Virus record (IMG/VR): IMGVR_UViG_3300037420_000617
Span: 1 to 27,728 of that record
Reading direction: 5' to 3' (one strand)
Length of the DNA stretch: 27,728 nt
From: a virus
Taxonomy: Duplodnaviria; Caudoviricetes
Shown here: piece after piece, positions 8,305 to 17,553 of the stretch
Layout of the letters: each line of letters starts with the position of its first letter
Numbering within the stretch: position 1 is the first letter of the stretch
Notes under the pieces: generated by a model
The model's input: the letters and a program-made list of their open reading frames with translations, nothing else
Databases searched by the model: none
What the model was told of the DNA's origin: nothing
Program-made: the position numbers and the translations under genes

Positions 8305-9683
8305 GCCCTAGCCCTTCCGGCCGAGCTTTCCTCGCCAAATGCGGATGAGACACGGAACGGAACCGCGTCGGTCACCCGGAAATGAAACAGGGCTCCGGGA
8401 GGTCCAAAGGAGCCCAGTCGTCTCCACTTGGCCCTGACCCGGTAATGCCCCGTCCCTCCGACAGGGGCGCTTCCCAAGGCGGCGTCGTTCCAGTCCGACC
8501 AGGTATTTCCGCCATCCCGCGAATAGCGCATTTCGATGACGGGATTGGTGATGGTTAAGTCGGTGGTGGCCCCGGAATTGCACTCCAGTTCGATGCTATC
8601 CACGATCTGGGAGGAAGTGAGTGGGATCGCGGCGGAAAACTCGCGCGAGAGAACGCTGGCACCCTCGGCCCAGCCCGAATACTCAAGCAGTTCAGGGCCG
8701 GTCGAAGCCCCGAATAACGGAGTCCCATCTGCTTGTTGAAAGGCAGAGGACGCGGCCCAATTGGTTACTCCATCAGTCCTGCGTTCGTGCCACTGGCCGG
8801 TGAGAACATCATATCCATAGGACGCGGTATCCAGCCGCTCCATCAAGACCGCGTGGCCCTGCCAATAATAAGCAAACAGGGCGAATGTGGTGCTGTTGGC
8901 TACCTGTTCCTCGATCCCGTGGTTCGAGATCCGTTCGGGAACATCGGCCATGCGGTAGGTGACATGATCGGTCGAGAGGAAATGGAGTGCGTTATCGAGT
9001 TCGACCATGCAGCCGGGAGCAATGATCCCCTTTTTCGCGGTTCGCTGGCTGATGCGGAGGAAAGGCAACGTCCCGTCCCCAGTGGGATACCAGGCCTCTA
9101 CCTTGTCCCCGCAGCCGTTGTAGAGAACATCACCTATCGCCAGAACCTGGACGAGGAAACTCGCATCGCTTTCCGCGGAGGCAAAATCCAAGGCATCGAT
9201 GGTCCGGGCATCGTCAACCGCCGACCAATAGAATTTCCGACTTCCCGATCGGGCGAAGATGAACAGACCCGCGATATATGTGCCCCAAAGGACGTTAGCT
9301 CCATCGGGGAAGGTGATCGCTGAAAAAGTGGTGCCGTTGTAGGAATAAGCGTGGGCTCCTCTTCCGACACACAATTCGAGATTTGAAGCGGCCCACCAGA
9401 CAGGTCCCGACCCGTCGACAGTTCCGATCGATACTCCGTCCTTGTAGACGGTCCCCGACGAATTGCAGACGAAGGTAGAGCCGGTGAAGAGGTCGTCCTG
9501 TCTGAATATCCCGAGGATGGGGTTGGCCCCGATCGTGGTTGAAGTCGCGAGGCCGGGAAACGACAAGAGACTGACCCCGCCTCTTGCCGAAGGCGTCTCC
9601 TCGGGGAGCATGTTCACAAGTTCGAACGGGGGAAGGTTGCCGTTCGCTCGGTGATACACCCCTTTCGGGATCACCAGATCCAT
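8301..9683 (-). CDS. Packaged DNA stabilization / tail hub protein (P22 gp10-like)
   Basis: 460 aa, beta-propeller-like; 'LDFASAESDAS', 'RISNHGIE', 'YDVLTGQWHER', 'MRYSRDGGNTWS', 'KWRRLGS' motifs. Confidence 0.8.
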   Translation of the reverse strand: MDLVIPKGVYHRANGNLPPFELVNMLPEETPSARGGVSLLSFPGLATSTTIGANPILGIFRQDDLFTGSTFVCNSSGTVYKDGVSIGTVDGSGPVWWAASNLELCVGRGAHAYSYNGTTFSAITFPDGANVLWGTYIAGLFIFARSGSRKFYWSAVDDARTIDALDFASAESDASFLVQVLAIGDVLYNGCGDKVEAWYPTGDGTLPFLRISQRTAKKGIIAPGCMVELDNALHFLSTDHVTYRMADVPERISNHGIEEQVANSTTFALFAYYWQGHAVLMERLDTASYGYDVLTGQWHERRTDGVTNWAASSAFQQADGTPLFGASTGPELLEYSGWAEGASVLSREFSAAIPLTSSQIVDSIELECNSGATTDLTITNPVIEMRYSRDGGNTWSDWNDAALGSAPVGGTGHYRVRAKWRRLGSFGPPGALFHFRVTDAVPFRVSSAFGEESSAGRARA

Positions 9684-10364
9684 TTAGCAATCCGGCTCGA
9701 AATAATAGCTGTCGGGCCGGTCCCTATCCAATAGCCGCTGGTATAGAATGGCGGCTTTCTGATCGATCCGCTGGACGGTCGCCGGATCTGTCCTCGTCAC
9801 TCCGAACATCGAGGCCATGCGCGAGGCGAGGCCCATGATTACCGCTTCCTGCCACTCCTCGGGGAGGTCCAATGTCTCGGAAGGATCGGTTACGGTGTCG
9901 GCAATGCGGTTGTAATCGATCTCAAGGTCAATATCAGCACTGGGAACCGGCCACACGTGGATGGTAAGACCCGAGACGCCCTTTTCGAGATAATAAACCG
10001 AAGGGCCGCCGTTGGTGGTCTGGGCGCGGTTGGGGATCATGTAATATTGGGCGCGGTTCCATTCCCCCAGGAGGCGGTTGTAGCTTGCAGAGACGATGTG
10101 GCGGACGCTCGATATGTCCTCTGCCCCGGCAGGAGCGGAAACGCTCCCGGTGCCGCCCGGAACGGTCACCGTGGCCGTTGTCTCTCGATATAAGCTTCCT
10201 TCGCCCTGCCACGACTTCATCATCCCGTTGAGGCGAAGAATCCCATCGTCCATTTCCTGACCGGATGGGGTTTCGCCGGCCGCATGGGAGCCGAGCTCGT
10301 AACAGGCCTGTGTCACGATCTCTTCGGCAGTCAGTGGCCATGAGGTTACGCCGCTGCTGGGCAC
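9684..10364 (-). CDS. Head-to-tail adaptor (P22 gp4-like / tail tubular protein A)
   Basis: 226 aa; 'TAEEIVTQACYELG...GETPSGQEMDDGILRLNGMMKSW', 'VWPVP', 'LPEEWQEAVIMGLASRMA'. Confidence 0.75.
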   Translation of the reverse strand: MPSSGVTSWPLTAEEIVTQACYELGSHAAGETPSGQEMDDGILRLNGMMKSWQGEGSLYRETTATVTVPGGTGSVSAPAGAEDISSVRHIVSASYNRLLGEWNRAQYYMIPNRAQTTNGGPSVYYLEKGVSGLTIHVWPVPSADIDLEIDYNRIADTVTDPSETLDLPEEWQEAVIMGLASRMASMFGVTRTDPATVQRIDQKAAILYQRLLDRDRPDSYYFEPDC

Positions 10365-10588
10365 TACAAATGTGACCCGTCAGTGAACTTGGCAAAAACC
10401 GGCTCGGTCTCGGGCTGGGCGTTGGGTAGAGGCACGCCCTCTGGTCTGATCCGTGGCGGCTTCAGTTCAGGCGGCTTGGGGTCCCAGCAGAGCTGGCAGA
10501 CGCGAAGGCCCGTGTATTCACGCTTGAACGTGTTGAGCCTACGTTGAAAACCACAACGCGGACACGATCCCCACGGAGAGTTAGCCAT
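10364..10588 (-). CDS. Small CxxC...CxxC (Zn-ribbon-like) protein
   Basis: 74 aa, CPRCGF...GLRVCQLCWD; this type of gene is commonly seen just before the adaptor gene in such podoviruses. Confidence 0.65.
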   Translation of the reverse strand: MANSPWGSCPRCGFQRRLNTFKREYTGLRVCQLCWDPKPPELKPPRIRPEGVPLPNAQPETEPVFAKFTDGSHL

Positions 10589-11060
10589 TGGTGGGCATCG
10601 TGCCCATCATCGGGACGCGCCAATCGGCTATGTGCCGGTATAAGGGGAACTGCTGCATCCCCGGTGGCTGTAGCGGGGCTCCGGTCGTGCCACCTCCGGG
10701 CGTTGCCGCGGGGGGGGCGTTCGGGTCCTGCGGATTTAGCGGGAACTGGCCAAAGTGGCCACTAACACCTCCCCCGAAGCCGGGAAACCGGGTGAACTGA
10801 GGGAACATCGTCGGTCGGGGTCCCTGCATCCCGCCCTGCCGCCAGTCCTGCAATTGACTGCGGAAGTTCTGGAAGTTCTGCTGCAAGCCCTGGAGGAGCG
10901 TGCGCCAGTCCATTCCCTGCCCAGGGTGCCCGATCCCCGGACCCATGCCGTTGAGCTGACCCAAGGCGTTGTTGGGCGCGACAGGAGCAGGGACCGGAGG
11001 AAGCGGCGTTGGAACTGTGGCAGGGACCGTAGTCGGTGTCGCGAACGGATCGTAGGCCAT
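10581..11060 (-). CDS. Pro/Gly/Gln/Phe-rich low-complexity protein
   Basis: Start re-called to ATG 11060 (MAYDPFATP...) behind a GGAG RBS; 159 aa; overlaps the next gene. Confidence 0.55.
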   Translation of the reverse strand: MAYDPFATPTTVPATVPTPLPPVPAPVAPNNALGQLNGMGPGIGHPGQGMDWRTLLQGLQQNFQNFRSQLQDWRQGGMQGPRPTMFPQFTRFPGFGGGVSGHFGQFPLNPQDPNAPPAATPGGGTTGAPLQPPGMQQFPLYRHIADWRVPMMGTMPTNG

Positions 11061-11114
11061 CGGGGGCGTCTCCAAAGATGAAGTACCGGCCCTCGGTCGG
11101 CATGGCTCACGCGA

Positions 11115-11155
11115 AGGTTACAGCGGAGCACTCTCACGGTGCGAAATAATGTCAG
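11115..11155 (-). promoter_or_regulatory. Putative late promoter 2 (tail/ejection operon): CTGACATTATTT + 23 nt + TAACCT
   Basis: Box at 11144-11155; -10 at 11115-11120 preceded by TG (extended -10); lies immediately downstream of the capsid terminator-like hairpin. Confidence 0.65.
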
Positions 11156-11157
11156 GC

Positions 11158-11198
11158 ACGAAATAGCCCGCTCCTCACGAGAGAAAGAAGCGGGCTAT
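11158..11198 (-). terminator. Probable intrinsic terminator after the major capsid gene
   Basis: Inverted repeat ATAGCCCGCT/AGCGGGCTAT (11163-11172 and 11189-11198) followed on the minus strand by only a short U-tract. Confidence 0.55.
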
Positions 11199-11237
11199 CC
11201 CTCCCCAGGGATTAGGGAGTTCTATTAGTGAACTAAC

Positions 11238-12140
11238 TCAAACGCCGGTGTTCCCGTAGATGCTCCGGAAATCGCCCCAACCAGCGCTGTAACGCTCGGT
11301 CGATTTGAATTTCATGTTCTCGGTGTCGAAGTCGCTGTCGTCCTCCATCGCCAGCGCGCGGCGCTGATACGAGATCAGGCCGTTGGGTGCGTTGGTCTGG
11401 ATGAACCAGGCGTCGGTGTCGGTCAGGTAGTTGTTGACCGTGACTTCGGGGATCACGCCGAGCATCTTGATCGCGTTCACGTCATTGTTCGGAGTTCCGA
11501 CGCGAAGCTCCGATTTCAAAATGCGCGTGGCGTTGAACAGGTCGTTCGGGCTGATGATGAGCCGAACCGCCTTCAGCATGATCGGGAGACCTGCCGAGTT
11601 CTTCGCCAAGGTGATGTTGGTGATTGCATCCTCGAGAGCCGCTTCCGACAGGTCGGCGGCGGTCAGGAGGTTCGACTGCGTTCCATTGACGGTCGGGTGG
11701 GCGTTGGAGACGAGCTCCTTGCCGTCGCCGCCGACATAGGACGAGTTGAACGCGCGGTTCAAGATATTGGCGTGAACCGTTTCCTTCGTCACCAGCATCG
11801 AATAGGGAAGCGCCTGGGCATTCGCCTCGGCAACGTCCTGATACAGGTTGTCCTCCTGCGCCTCTCGGGTGAGAATGAACCCGAGGCCGTAGGTGACGTG
11901 GACGAAGGGGGTTTTCGGACCCTGCCCGAAACCATCGTAGGAGATGGACTGGCCCTCTCCCTTGACCGTCGCGAGACCGAGGCCGGTGACCTCCACGACA
12001 TTCTCGGCGGCCTTCTTCGACGTGCGAACATCGAAGATACGCGAATACTGCTTTTCGAGCTTGTCGTAGGTGTGTCCGAAGATGGACTGGATGCCCGGAA
12101 GTAGAAGGTCCGGGCGACTTGCACGAGTGGTAACTGCCAT
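11238..12140 (-). CDS. Major capsid protein (Mu gpT-like family)
   Basis: 300 aa; 'LLLPGI..IFG..Y', 'VGGDGKELVSNAHP', 'NNYLTDTDAWFI', 'DFDTENMKFKSTERYSAGWGDFRSIYG'. Confidence 0.85.
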   Translation of the reverse strand: MAVTTRASRPDLLLPGIQSIFGHTYDKLEKQYSRIFDVRTSKKAAENVVEVTGLGLATVKGEGQSISYDGFGQGPKTPFVHVTYGLGFILTREAQEDNLYQDVAEANAQALPYSMLVTKETVHANILNRAFNSSYVGGDGKELVSNAHPTVNGTQSNLLTAADLSEAALEDAITNITLAKNSAGLPIMLKAVRLIISPNDLFNATRILKSELRVGTPNNDVNAIKMLGVIPEVTVNNYLTDTDAWFIQTNAPNGLISYQRRALAMEDDSDFDTENMKFKSTERYSAGWGDFRSIYGNTGV

Positions 12141-12155
12141 TTGTCAGCCCTTTCC

Positions 12156-12728
12156 TTAAACGCCGGCCACGCCAGCGGATTCAGTGTTGGCGTTGATTTT
12201 CACCAGCACCTTGGCATTGGCTCCGATCACGTTGTCCGGACGCTGGACAAATCCGAGGATCTTCAGCGGCAGGGTGTTGGTCGTTGCCTTGGTCGAAGTG
12301 TCGAGCATCGTTCCGGACAGACCGGTGACGCTCGAACCGGCCGCGATGATGAAGTCGGCATTCAGGCCCACGTCCACGGCGGCAAGAGCGCCGCCGACCG
12401 CATCTTCCTGGACCTCGTAAACGATCGCCGGGTCGGTGCTGCAAAGGACGTAGCAGGCGGTCGAGGCCGCACGAGACTTCGGAACAACGCCAGTGGCATC
12501 CGGAAGGAAGCCCTGGACAACGCCGGTGATCGAAGCGCCTGCGGTGGCGCGAGTGACGGTCGCAACGCCGTTGGCGTCGGCGGAACCGGCCTTGATGACC
12601 GGATCGCCAATGAAGAGCGCGGTCGCGTCGGTGGCCGGGACGTAGAACGTCTCCAGACCTCCAGTGACGACACCGGAACCCTGCATCTTGACCGGCTTGA
12701 ACCCGAACGGGGTGTTAGCATTTGCCAT
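12156..12728 (-). CDS. Minor capsid / decoration protein
   Basis: 190 aa 'MANANTPFGFKPV...IGDPV...DPAIVYEVQ...LKILG...VLVKIN'; this type typically precedes this capsid family. Confidence 0.65.
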   Translation of the reverse strand: MANANTPFGFKPVKMQGSGVVTGGLETFYVPATDATALFIGDPVIKAGSADANGVATVTRATAGASITGVVQGFLPDATGVVPKSRAASTACYVLCSTDPAIVYEVQEDAVGGALAAVDVGLNADFIIAAGSSVTGLSGTMLDTSTKATTNTLPLKILGFVQRPDNVIGANAKVLVKINANTESAGVAGV

Positions 12729-12767
12729 AGGTCGAACCCTTTTTCAGAGCCGCCTATGGAGGGGCGG

Positions 12768-13235
12768 CTATTCGAGAACCTGGTTGGCCCTGCCAATCTT
12801 CGAGGCCGGATCGACGTAAACGGGTGCGTCCATCGCGCCTTGAAGCTGCTGGACCGGAGCGCCGTTCTGCCCAGGGATTCGGCCCTTGTGCATTCCGGCC
12901 TCGACGGCTTTCCGCTGTTCGTCCGCTTTGGCCTGGTCCTCTTTGATGAAGTCGTTCCGCTTGGAGAAGAGTTTCGCGTAAACGGGCTTGCCGTCCACGA
13001 AATCGACTTGGACCGGATCGACCCCTTCGACGGGATCATAGTCATCGTGGGTGGTGAGGTCGGCCACGCGGCTTCCGGTGTCGTTCACCCAGCGGGGGGT
13101 GCGGCCTTCAGCCGCGAGCCTGGCCCTGACTTCCTCAGGGATTGCGAGCTTCAACCGTGGAAGCCCGTGGTAATCGTCTCTCCTGCGGCGCTCTGCCGCG
13201 ACTTGGGAGGCCCTGTCGGCCCGATTGTCAGCCAT
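12768..13235 (-). CDS. Conserved head-module hypothetical protein
   Basis: 155 aa with 'RWVND..SRV' motif, between scaffold and capsid genes. Confidence 0.6.
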   Translation of the reverse strand: MADNRADRASQVAAERRRRDDYHGLPRLKLAIPEEVRARLAAEGRTPRWVNDTGSRVADLTTHDDYDPVEGVDPVQVDFVDGKPVYAKLFSKRNDFIKEDQAKADEQRKAVEAGMHKGRIPGQNGAPVQQLQGAMDAPVYVDPASKIGRANQVLE

Positions 13236-14053
13236 TATTGCTTCCTTTTCTCAAGTTCCGCGAAATAATTCTTCGCGTATAATTCGACGTTCGGAATGAG
13301 CCCGCGTTCGACATAATCTTCAGCGATCGCCCGGGCTTCCTTGGGCAGGTCCGCGATCGTCTTTCCCCTCGCCGGAGCGGCGGAATTACGCTGGATATTG
13401 CCGTTGACCTGAGGAGGAGGCTTGTCGTCGAACAGGTGCGGATAACGAGCCCGCATGTGGCTCTCGGTGTACGCCAGTTGCTCGGCCGGCGACGAATTGG
13501 GGTAATCGGTCGCATAGGCGTTGCAGATCGCCAGTGCGTCGTTTCGAGCTACGGGATCGCCCCATAGCCTTTTGTTCTTCGAGACCCATTGCTCGGTCTC
13601 GGGAGCCGGGGTCGGTGTGCTGCCGATCGGAGCCGCGGCCCGTGCCTGAAGGTCGCGGATCTGGTTCGCGGCTTTCCACGCTTCGTCGGGGTCGCCCTTC
13701 TCGATTGCCGCCGCATACTTTCGAGACAATTCGGCGTGCTGCTCGGCAAGCTTCGACTGGAACAGAGTTGCGCTCGTCGCCTGGACCGTCTGGAGGGTTT
13801 CGCGGATGGATTTCAGCTCACGGCTCTGCAAGTCTTGGATCTTGCGGCCTTCACGGATGAACTGGTCGGCGGGCTTCCATTTCTCGGAGGGGCCCGAGAA
13901 CTTGTCCTGCGGCACCCACCCAATCTCGCTGGCGAGATCCTCGATCGAAGGCGGGTTTGGGTCGGCATTGGCGTCCGCCGCCGCAAACTGTTCCTCGACT
14001 TTCTGTGCTTCGGTATTCGCGGCCTCTGCCGCCTGCTCGTTTTCGAGTGCCAT
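13235..14053 (-). CDS. Putative scaffolding protein
   Basis: 272 aa, acidic and helical; 'A..IGWVPQDKF..KWKPADQFI', 'QWVSKNKRLW'. Confidence 0.65.
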   Translation of the reverse strand: MALENEQAAEAANTEAQKVEEQFAAADANADPNPPSIEDLASEIGWVPQDKFSGPSEKWKPADQFIREGRKIQDLQSRELKSIRETLQTVQATSATLFQSKLAEQHAELSRKYAAAIEKGDPDEAWKAANQIRDLQARAAAPIGSTPTPAPETEQWVSKNKRLWGDPVARNDALAICNAYATDYPNSSPAEQLAYTESHMRARYPHLFDDKPPPQVNGNIQRNSAAPARGKTIADLPKEARAIAEDYVERGLIPNVELYAKNYFAELEKRKQ

Positions 14054-14065
14054 ACGTTAAGTTTC

Positions 14066-15712
14066 CTACACTGGAGTGAAGGCGGTGAAGCCGTTGCTGC
14101 CGGTCTGATAAAGGCCCGTGCCATCGGGAAGCAGGAGGAATGAGCCGAGCGAGTTCTTGTCGCCCTGCGCCAATGTCATCCCCGCGGGGATGTCGAGCCT
14201 GCCGACCATCGTTGCCCCCTGGATGTCCTGGAACTTCATCAGGTCAACGTCAGTCATCCGGGTTCCGAACTTCCGCACGTTTCTCAAAGTGGGAAGCGCG
14301 GTGGTAATTGCAGCGCCGATGATGTGGTGCGCCCCTAGGTCAATGCTCTTGCAATTATCCCAGACGTTGCCGGTCCAGTCCTTGACGCAATAGTGACCGC
14401 CTTCCATCCGAACGCGGTTAATCACGGTCCCGGTAATGGCCTTGCAGTCCACACAACCATCGGCGCCTTTGAACCACACATCGGTGATCGTGATTGGTCC
14501 GAGCCAGCTGTCATAACGTTCTGTCGCCACACCATCGCCATTAGGAAAGATCGTCGCGCCAGTCGGACTGACGGTATTCATGTAAAGGCCGTCAACGTGG
14601 ATGCGCTGGAACGTCAGGTTGCCGGCATAGCTCTTGGTTGGGACCTTGCCCTGGATGCAGGCACCGCCCGAAATGTCGTCAGCACTGGTGGCAAATGCAC
14701 CACCGGGGATCGATACCCAGCTGATGTCCGTGATTGTCACGTTCGAGCAGGGATTATTGCCAATGCGCACACCGCCGAAGCCGATGCCCTGAACATATCG
14801 GCCATTGACGACGCTGACCTTCTGGACGGTGAAGTTGGTTACACCCGAACCACCCGAGTTCCGCATGACCTGCGCCGCACCGTCACCAGTGACATTGGTG
14901 ATGCTGATGTTCGTGAGGAACGAGGTGCTTTGCTTGTAGGCCAGAGAGAGGCCGCCGATGTTCTCCCCGTCAATCGTCTGCCCGCTGGCGAGGATTTTTG
15001 TCGAACTGCGCGTGCTTGTCGGAGCCGATGGTGCGATAGGCGGGTCCGGATCGGGCCAGCCGTCCATATCGAACCCGGTATCGACCAGGATATCGATTGT
15101 TCCACTGATCGTGGTGAGACCGCTTGATGCGATCGTGTATGCGACAGTCGAAGGAGCACTTAGACCGGACAGCGAGGCTTTGACCGCGAGCCACCAATAC
15201 CAGATACCACCCATTTGCCAGCCCTTGAGGGCGAAATAGGTGGCGGCCGTTCCTCCCAAGGTTGGACGGGTCGAGCCGTGATAGCCGTAAAGCCATGCAA
15301 CCGGCGTACCCACGGGAGCAAGTTTCTCAACTCCCGGAAGGTAGAGGTTCATCAGCTTCTCGACCTGAAGCGCGACGGTGTTCACTCCATCGCTCAGGTG
15401 GAACGTCTTGATCCCCGCATCATCTTCAAGGACCGGGTCCCACTGAACGACATTACGTGCCTGGGACAGCAGGAATCCGCCGTCCGTCACGCTCGGAATG
15501 TACGTATCGGTGATCAGGGGAAGGTCGCTGCTTGTTACCGTGGCGAGATTGCCGACAATCGGAAGCGCTTTCGGCTCGTGGCATTTTACCTGCGTGATCG
15601 AAAGCGAGATTGGGGGCGCAGCGCCACCACCGCCACCGCCGCCGCCCGTGGGAGGGGGAGGAGCTGAGATATTGCCGCCCCTGATGATGCGGAAGAACTG
15701 GCCGAAGTTCAT
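14066..15712 (-). CDS. Putative head fibre / right-handed beta-helix (pectate-lyase-like) protein
   Basis: 548 aa; N-terminal PPPPTGGGGGGG linker; C-terminal half has beta-helix-style repeats and 'NGDGVATE...ITITDVWF..ADGCVDCKA...NRVRMEGGHYCVK'. Confidence 0.5.
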   Translation of the reverse strand: MNFGQFFRIIRGGNISAPPPPTGGGGGGGGAAPPISLSITQVKCHEPKALPIVGNLATVTSSDLPLITDTYIPSVTDGGFLLSQARNVVQWDPVLEDDAGIKTFHLSDGVNTVALQVEKLMNLYLPGVEKLAPVGTPVAWLYGYHGSTRPTLGGTAATYFALKGWQMGGIWYWWLAVKASLSGLSAPSTVAYTIASSGLTTISGTIDILVDTGFDMDGWPDPDPPIAPSAPTSTRSSTKILASGQTIDGENIGGLSLAYKQSTSFLTNISITNVTGDGAAQVMRNSGGSGVTNFTVQKVSVVNGRYVQGIGFGGVRIGNNPCSNVTITDISWVSIPGGAFATSADDISGGACIQGKVPTKSYAGNLTFQRIHVDGLYMNTVSPTGATIFPNGDGVATERYDSWLGPITITDVWFKGADGCVDCKAITGTVINRVRMEGGHYCVKDWTGNVWDNCKSIDLGAHHIIGAAITTALPTLRNVRKFGTRMTDVDLMKFQDIQGATMVGRLDIPAGMTLAQGDKNSLGSFLLLPDGTGLYQTGSNGFTAFTPV

Positions 15713-16525
15713 TTACTTGAATCCGTGAAGGCCAAAGAGGAAGGTATCGGTGCCGGGCGTTGCCGCCTGTACCGCTCCGGAGAGCCTTGTTCCCGACGCC
15801 ACCGAGACCTCGAGAAGCCTTGCGGCGCGGGAGACTGCGGGAGAGCTTGTCGAGACGGAAGAACTGGTTCTGCCCACCCCCACCTCGCTCGCCGCTGCGC
15901 CAGTACCCACAGAGAACACGACCGATTGAGCCGTGGCAGGCAGTGTGCCGTTATCGGCGCAGGTCATCATCAGCGCGCCGTAGGCTTCGCTGGTGCTCGC
16001 CAGTATCTGGGCCCATGTGAGGGTCGAGGCTGCCGCGACACCCGCCGTCGAGGGGCGCGTGTTGGTCGTGTCGGCCCCGAGAATATCCACGGCAGTCGTG
16101 AAGCCCGGAGGAAGCGATGCGGAGGCAATGTGGCCGCTGATCCCCAGCTTCACCGTGCCGCCGCTGGCAGTGCTCTGAACACGAGCCTCGATCAATGTTC
16201 CGCTGGCTATCGCGATCGGGATATAGAGCCGATAACCCGTTACGCTTTGCAGGAAGAGGTTGGGCACGATGACGGTTGCGCCGCCCGTGCGAATATCCAT
16301 TAAGTAACGGTTGCCGTTGGCGCTAACCGACTGGAAATCAATTTCAAACCCGCACCATGAATTGGCCGTGGTACCGATACTGGCATACGAGCCCTTAGCC
16401 CCGATCCCGCCGCTGGTGATCGTCGTGATCGAGCCGTTGGTGCCGTAGCCCAGCGCCTCATAGGTGTTCGCGGGGTTGAGGGGCTGAGTTGGACCCCCAC
16501 CGCCGAAGCTGAGAACGCTGCTCAT
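15713..16525 (-). CDS. Ser/Thr/Ala/Gly-rich beta-sandwich protein, putative virion appendage
   Basis: 270 aa, N-terminal FGGGG; two internally similar halves (IPIAIASGTLIEARVQ / LEVSVASGTRLSGAVQ). Confidence 0.55.
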   Translation of the reverse strand: MSSVLSFGGGGPTQPLNPANTYEALGYGTNGSITTITSGGIGAKGSYASIGTTANSWCGFEIDFQSVSANGNRYLMDIRTGGATVIVPNLFLQSVTGYRLYIPIAIASGTLIEARVQSTASGGTVKLGISGHIASASLPPGFTTAVDILGADTTNTRPSTAGVAAASTLTWAQILASTSEAYGALMMTCADNGTLPATAQSVVFSVGTGAAASEVGVGRTSSSVSTSSPAVSRAARLLEVSVASGTRLSGAVQAATPGTDTFLFGLHGFK

Positions 16526-17052
16526 GCAGACTTCACATATTCAACGTCAACATCGACCTGGACGGCCGCGCTGGTCTTGAACTGGAGCGCGGTGTTGACC
16601 GAGGTAATCACCCACGGCTCGGCAGCGAAGTCGAGAATTGCCACACCAGCTCCGGGGAAACGGATTGTCTTGGCGTTGGTAGTTCCGTCCAACAGTTCGA
16701 CAAGGCAAGCACCGGCACAGGAGATCACCGCGCGATGAACCCGCGTCGTTTGAGAGGCGGTCGCGGAAACAAGGCTGGTCGTTGTCGCGGTCGAACTCGA
16801 CGCGACCGCGCGGGCCAATCGTTTTGCCGTCGAGAGCGAGGGCGGCGGAAGCTCCGTTACAGGCGTCGAAAGCGTGTCCTCCATCGTCTGCAACTCGGCA
16901 AGGATCGCCTGGTTCGTCGCATCGGATGGAGGGGTGACAATGGCACCAAGGCCATCGACCGTGACCGTGGCGGGGATGAAAGCCGTCCGCGTCCCGTCAG
17001 CGAGGGCAACGCCGAGCAGCTTGTCATTCTCAGTGTAACCTTGCAGCGCCAT
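16522..17052 (-). CDS. Hypothetical, putative virion accessory protein
   Basis: 176 aa, beta-rich C-terminus, good RBS (GGAGAGGAA), coupled to the next gene. Confidence 0.6.
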   Translation of the reverse strand: MALQGYTENDKLLGVALADGTRTAFIPATVTVDGLGAIVTPPSDATNQAILAELQTMEDTLSTPVTELPPPSLSTAKRLARAVASSSTATTTSLVSATASQTTRVHRAVISCAGACLVELLDGTTNAKTIRFPGAGVAILDFAAEPWVITSVNTALQFKTSAAVQVDVDVEYVKSA

Positions 17053-17053
17053 T

Positions 17054-17242
17054 TTATTCCTCTCCCTCCGGTGTCGCTAAGAGCTGTTCGAGCTCGGCAA
17101 GCACCGTCTGCATGTGTTCAACATTCTGGGCATATCCGCCCTTTCCCCTGCGGGCCGCGATCTTGGCCCGAATGTCTTTCGCCCTCGCCTCGATTGCCGT
17201 GCGGAGCGGATCGGGAGCCTGCGGGGTTAGCGAGATCGTCAT
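17054..17242 (-). CDS. Small hypothetical protein
   Basis: 62 aa, ATGA overlap with the groES-like gene. Confidence 0.55.
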   Translation of the reverse strand: MTISLTPQAPDPLRTAIEARAKDIRAKIAARRGKGGYAQNVEHMQTVLAELEQLLATPEGEE

Positions 17243-17553
17243 TCGATCACCGCGACGATCGATTTGTCAGGAACGATGCGGTAGCTCCTGCCGTCCTTTT
17301 CCCTGAGAACGCCGTCATAGCGTTTCAGCATTACTCTCTGACCGACCTGAGGCTTGGGCGTGTCACCCCATTCAGCGGGACTGGCGTAGGTGAAGGCGAG
17401 AGGAGAAGTGGCAACCAGCGTGCCTTCTTCCGCTCCCAGTTTGTCGCGCTCGACCTTCTCGCCCGGAAGGATGATCCCGCCCTTGGTCTTTTCCTCGACC
17501 GGATCGAGCTCGACCACGACATTAAATTCAACCGGCTGATAGGGGCAGGTCAC
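17239..17553 (-). CDS. groES: GroES/Cpn10-like co-chaperonin
   Basis: 104 aa; 'P...NVVVE...EEKTKGGIILP...EGTLVA...PQVGQRVMLKRYDG...DGRSYRIV.DKSIVAVIE' is the Cpn10 pattern including the mobile loop. Confidence 0.85.
   Translation of the reverse strand: MTCPYQPVEFNVVVELDPVEEKTKGGIILPGEKVERDKLGAEEGTLVATSPLAFTYASPAEWGDTPKPQVGQRVMLKRYDGVLREKDGRSYRIVPDKSIVAVIE

Noticed and set aside
12748-12769. AGCCGCC/GGCGGCT hairpin before the minor capsid gene as a terminator
   Set aside because: Followed by an A-run rather than a U-run on the coding strand; at most a stabilising or processing hairpin
12141-13268. 375-aa plus-strand ORF and the many other long antisense ORFs across the window
   Set aside because: They shadow well-supported minus-strand genes in GC-rich DNA and have no recognisable motifs or RBS
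13263-13272. Partial match to the late box (AAATAATT)
   Set aside because: Lacks the GTYAG half, lies in coding sequence, and has no TAnnnT at the 23-nt spacing
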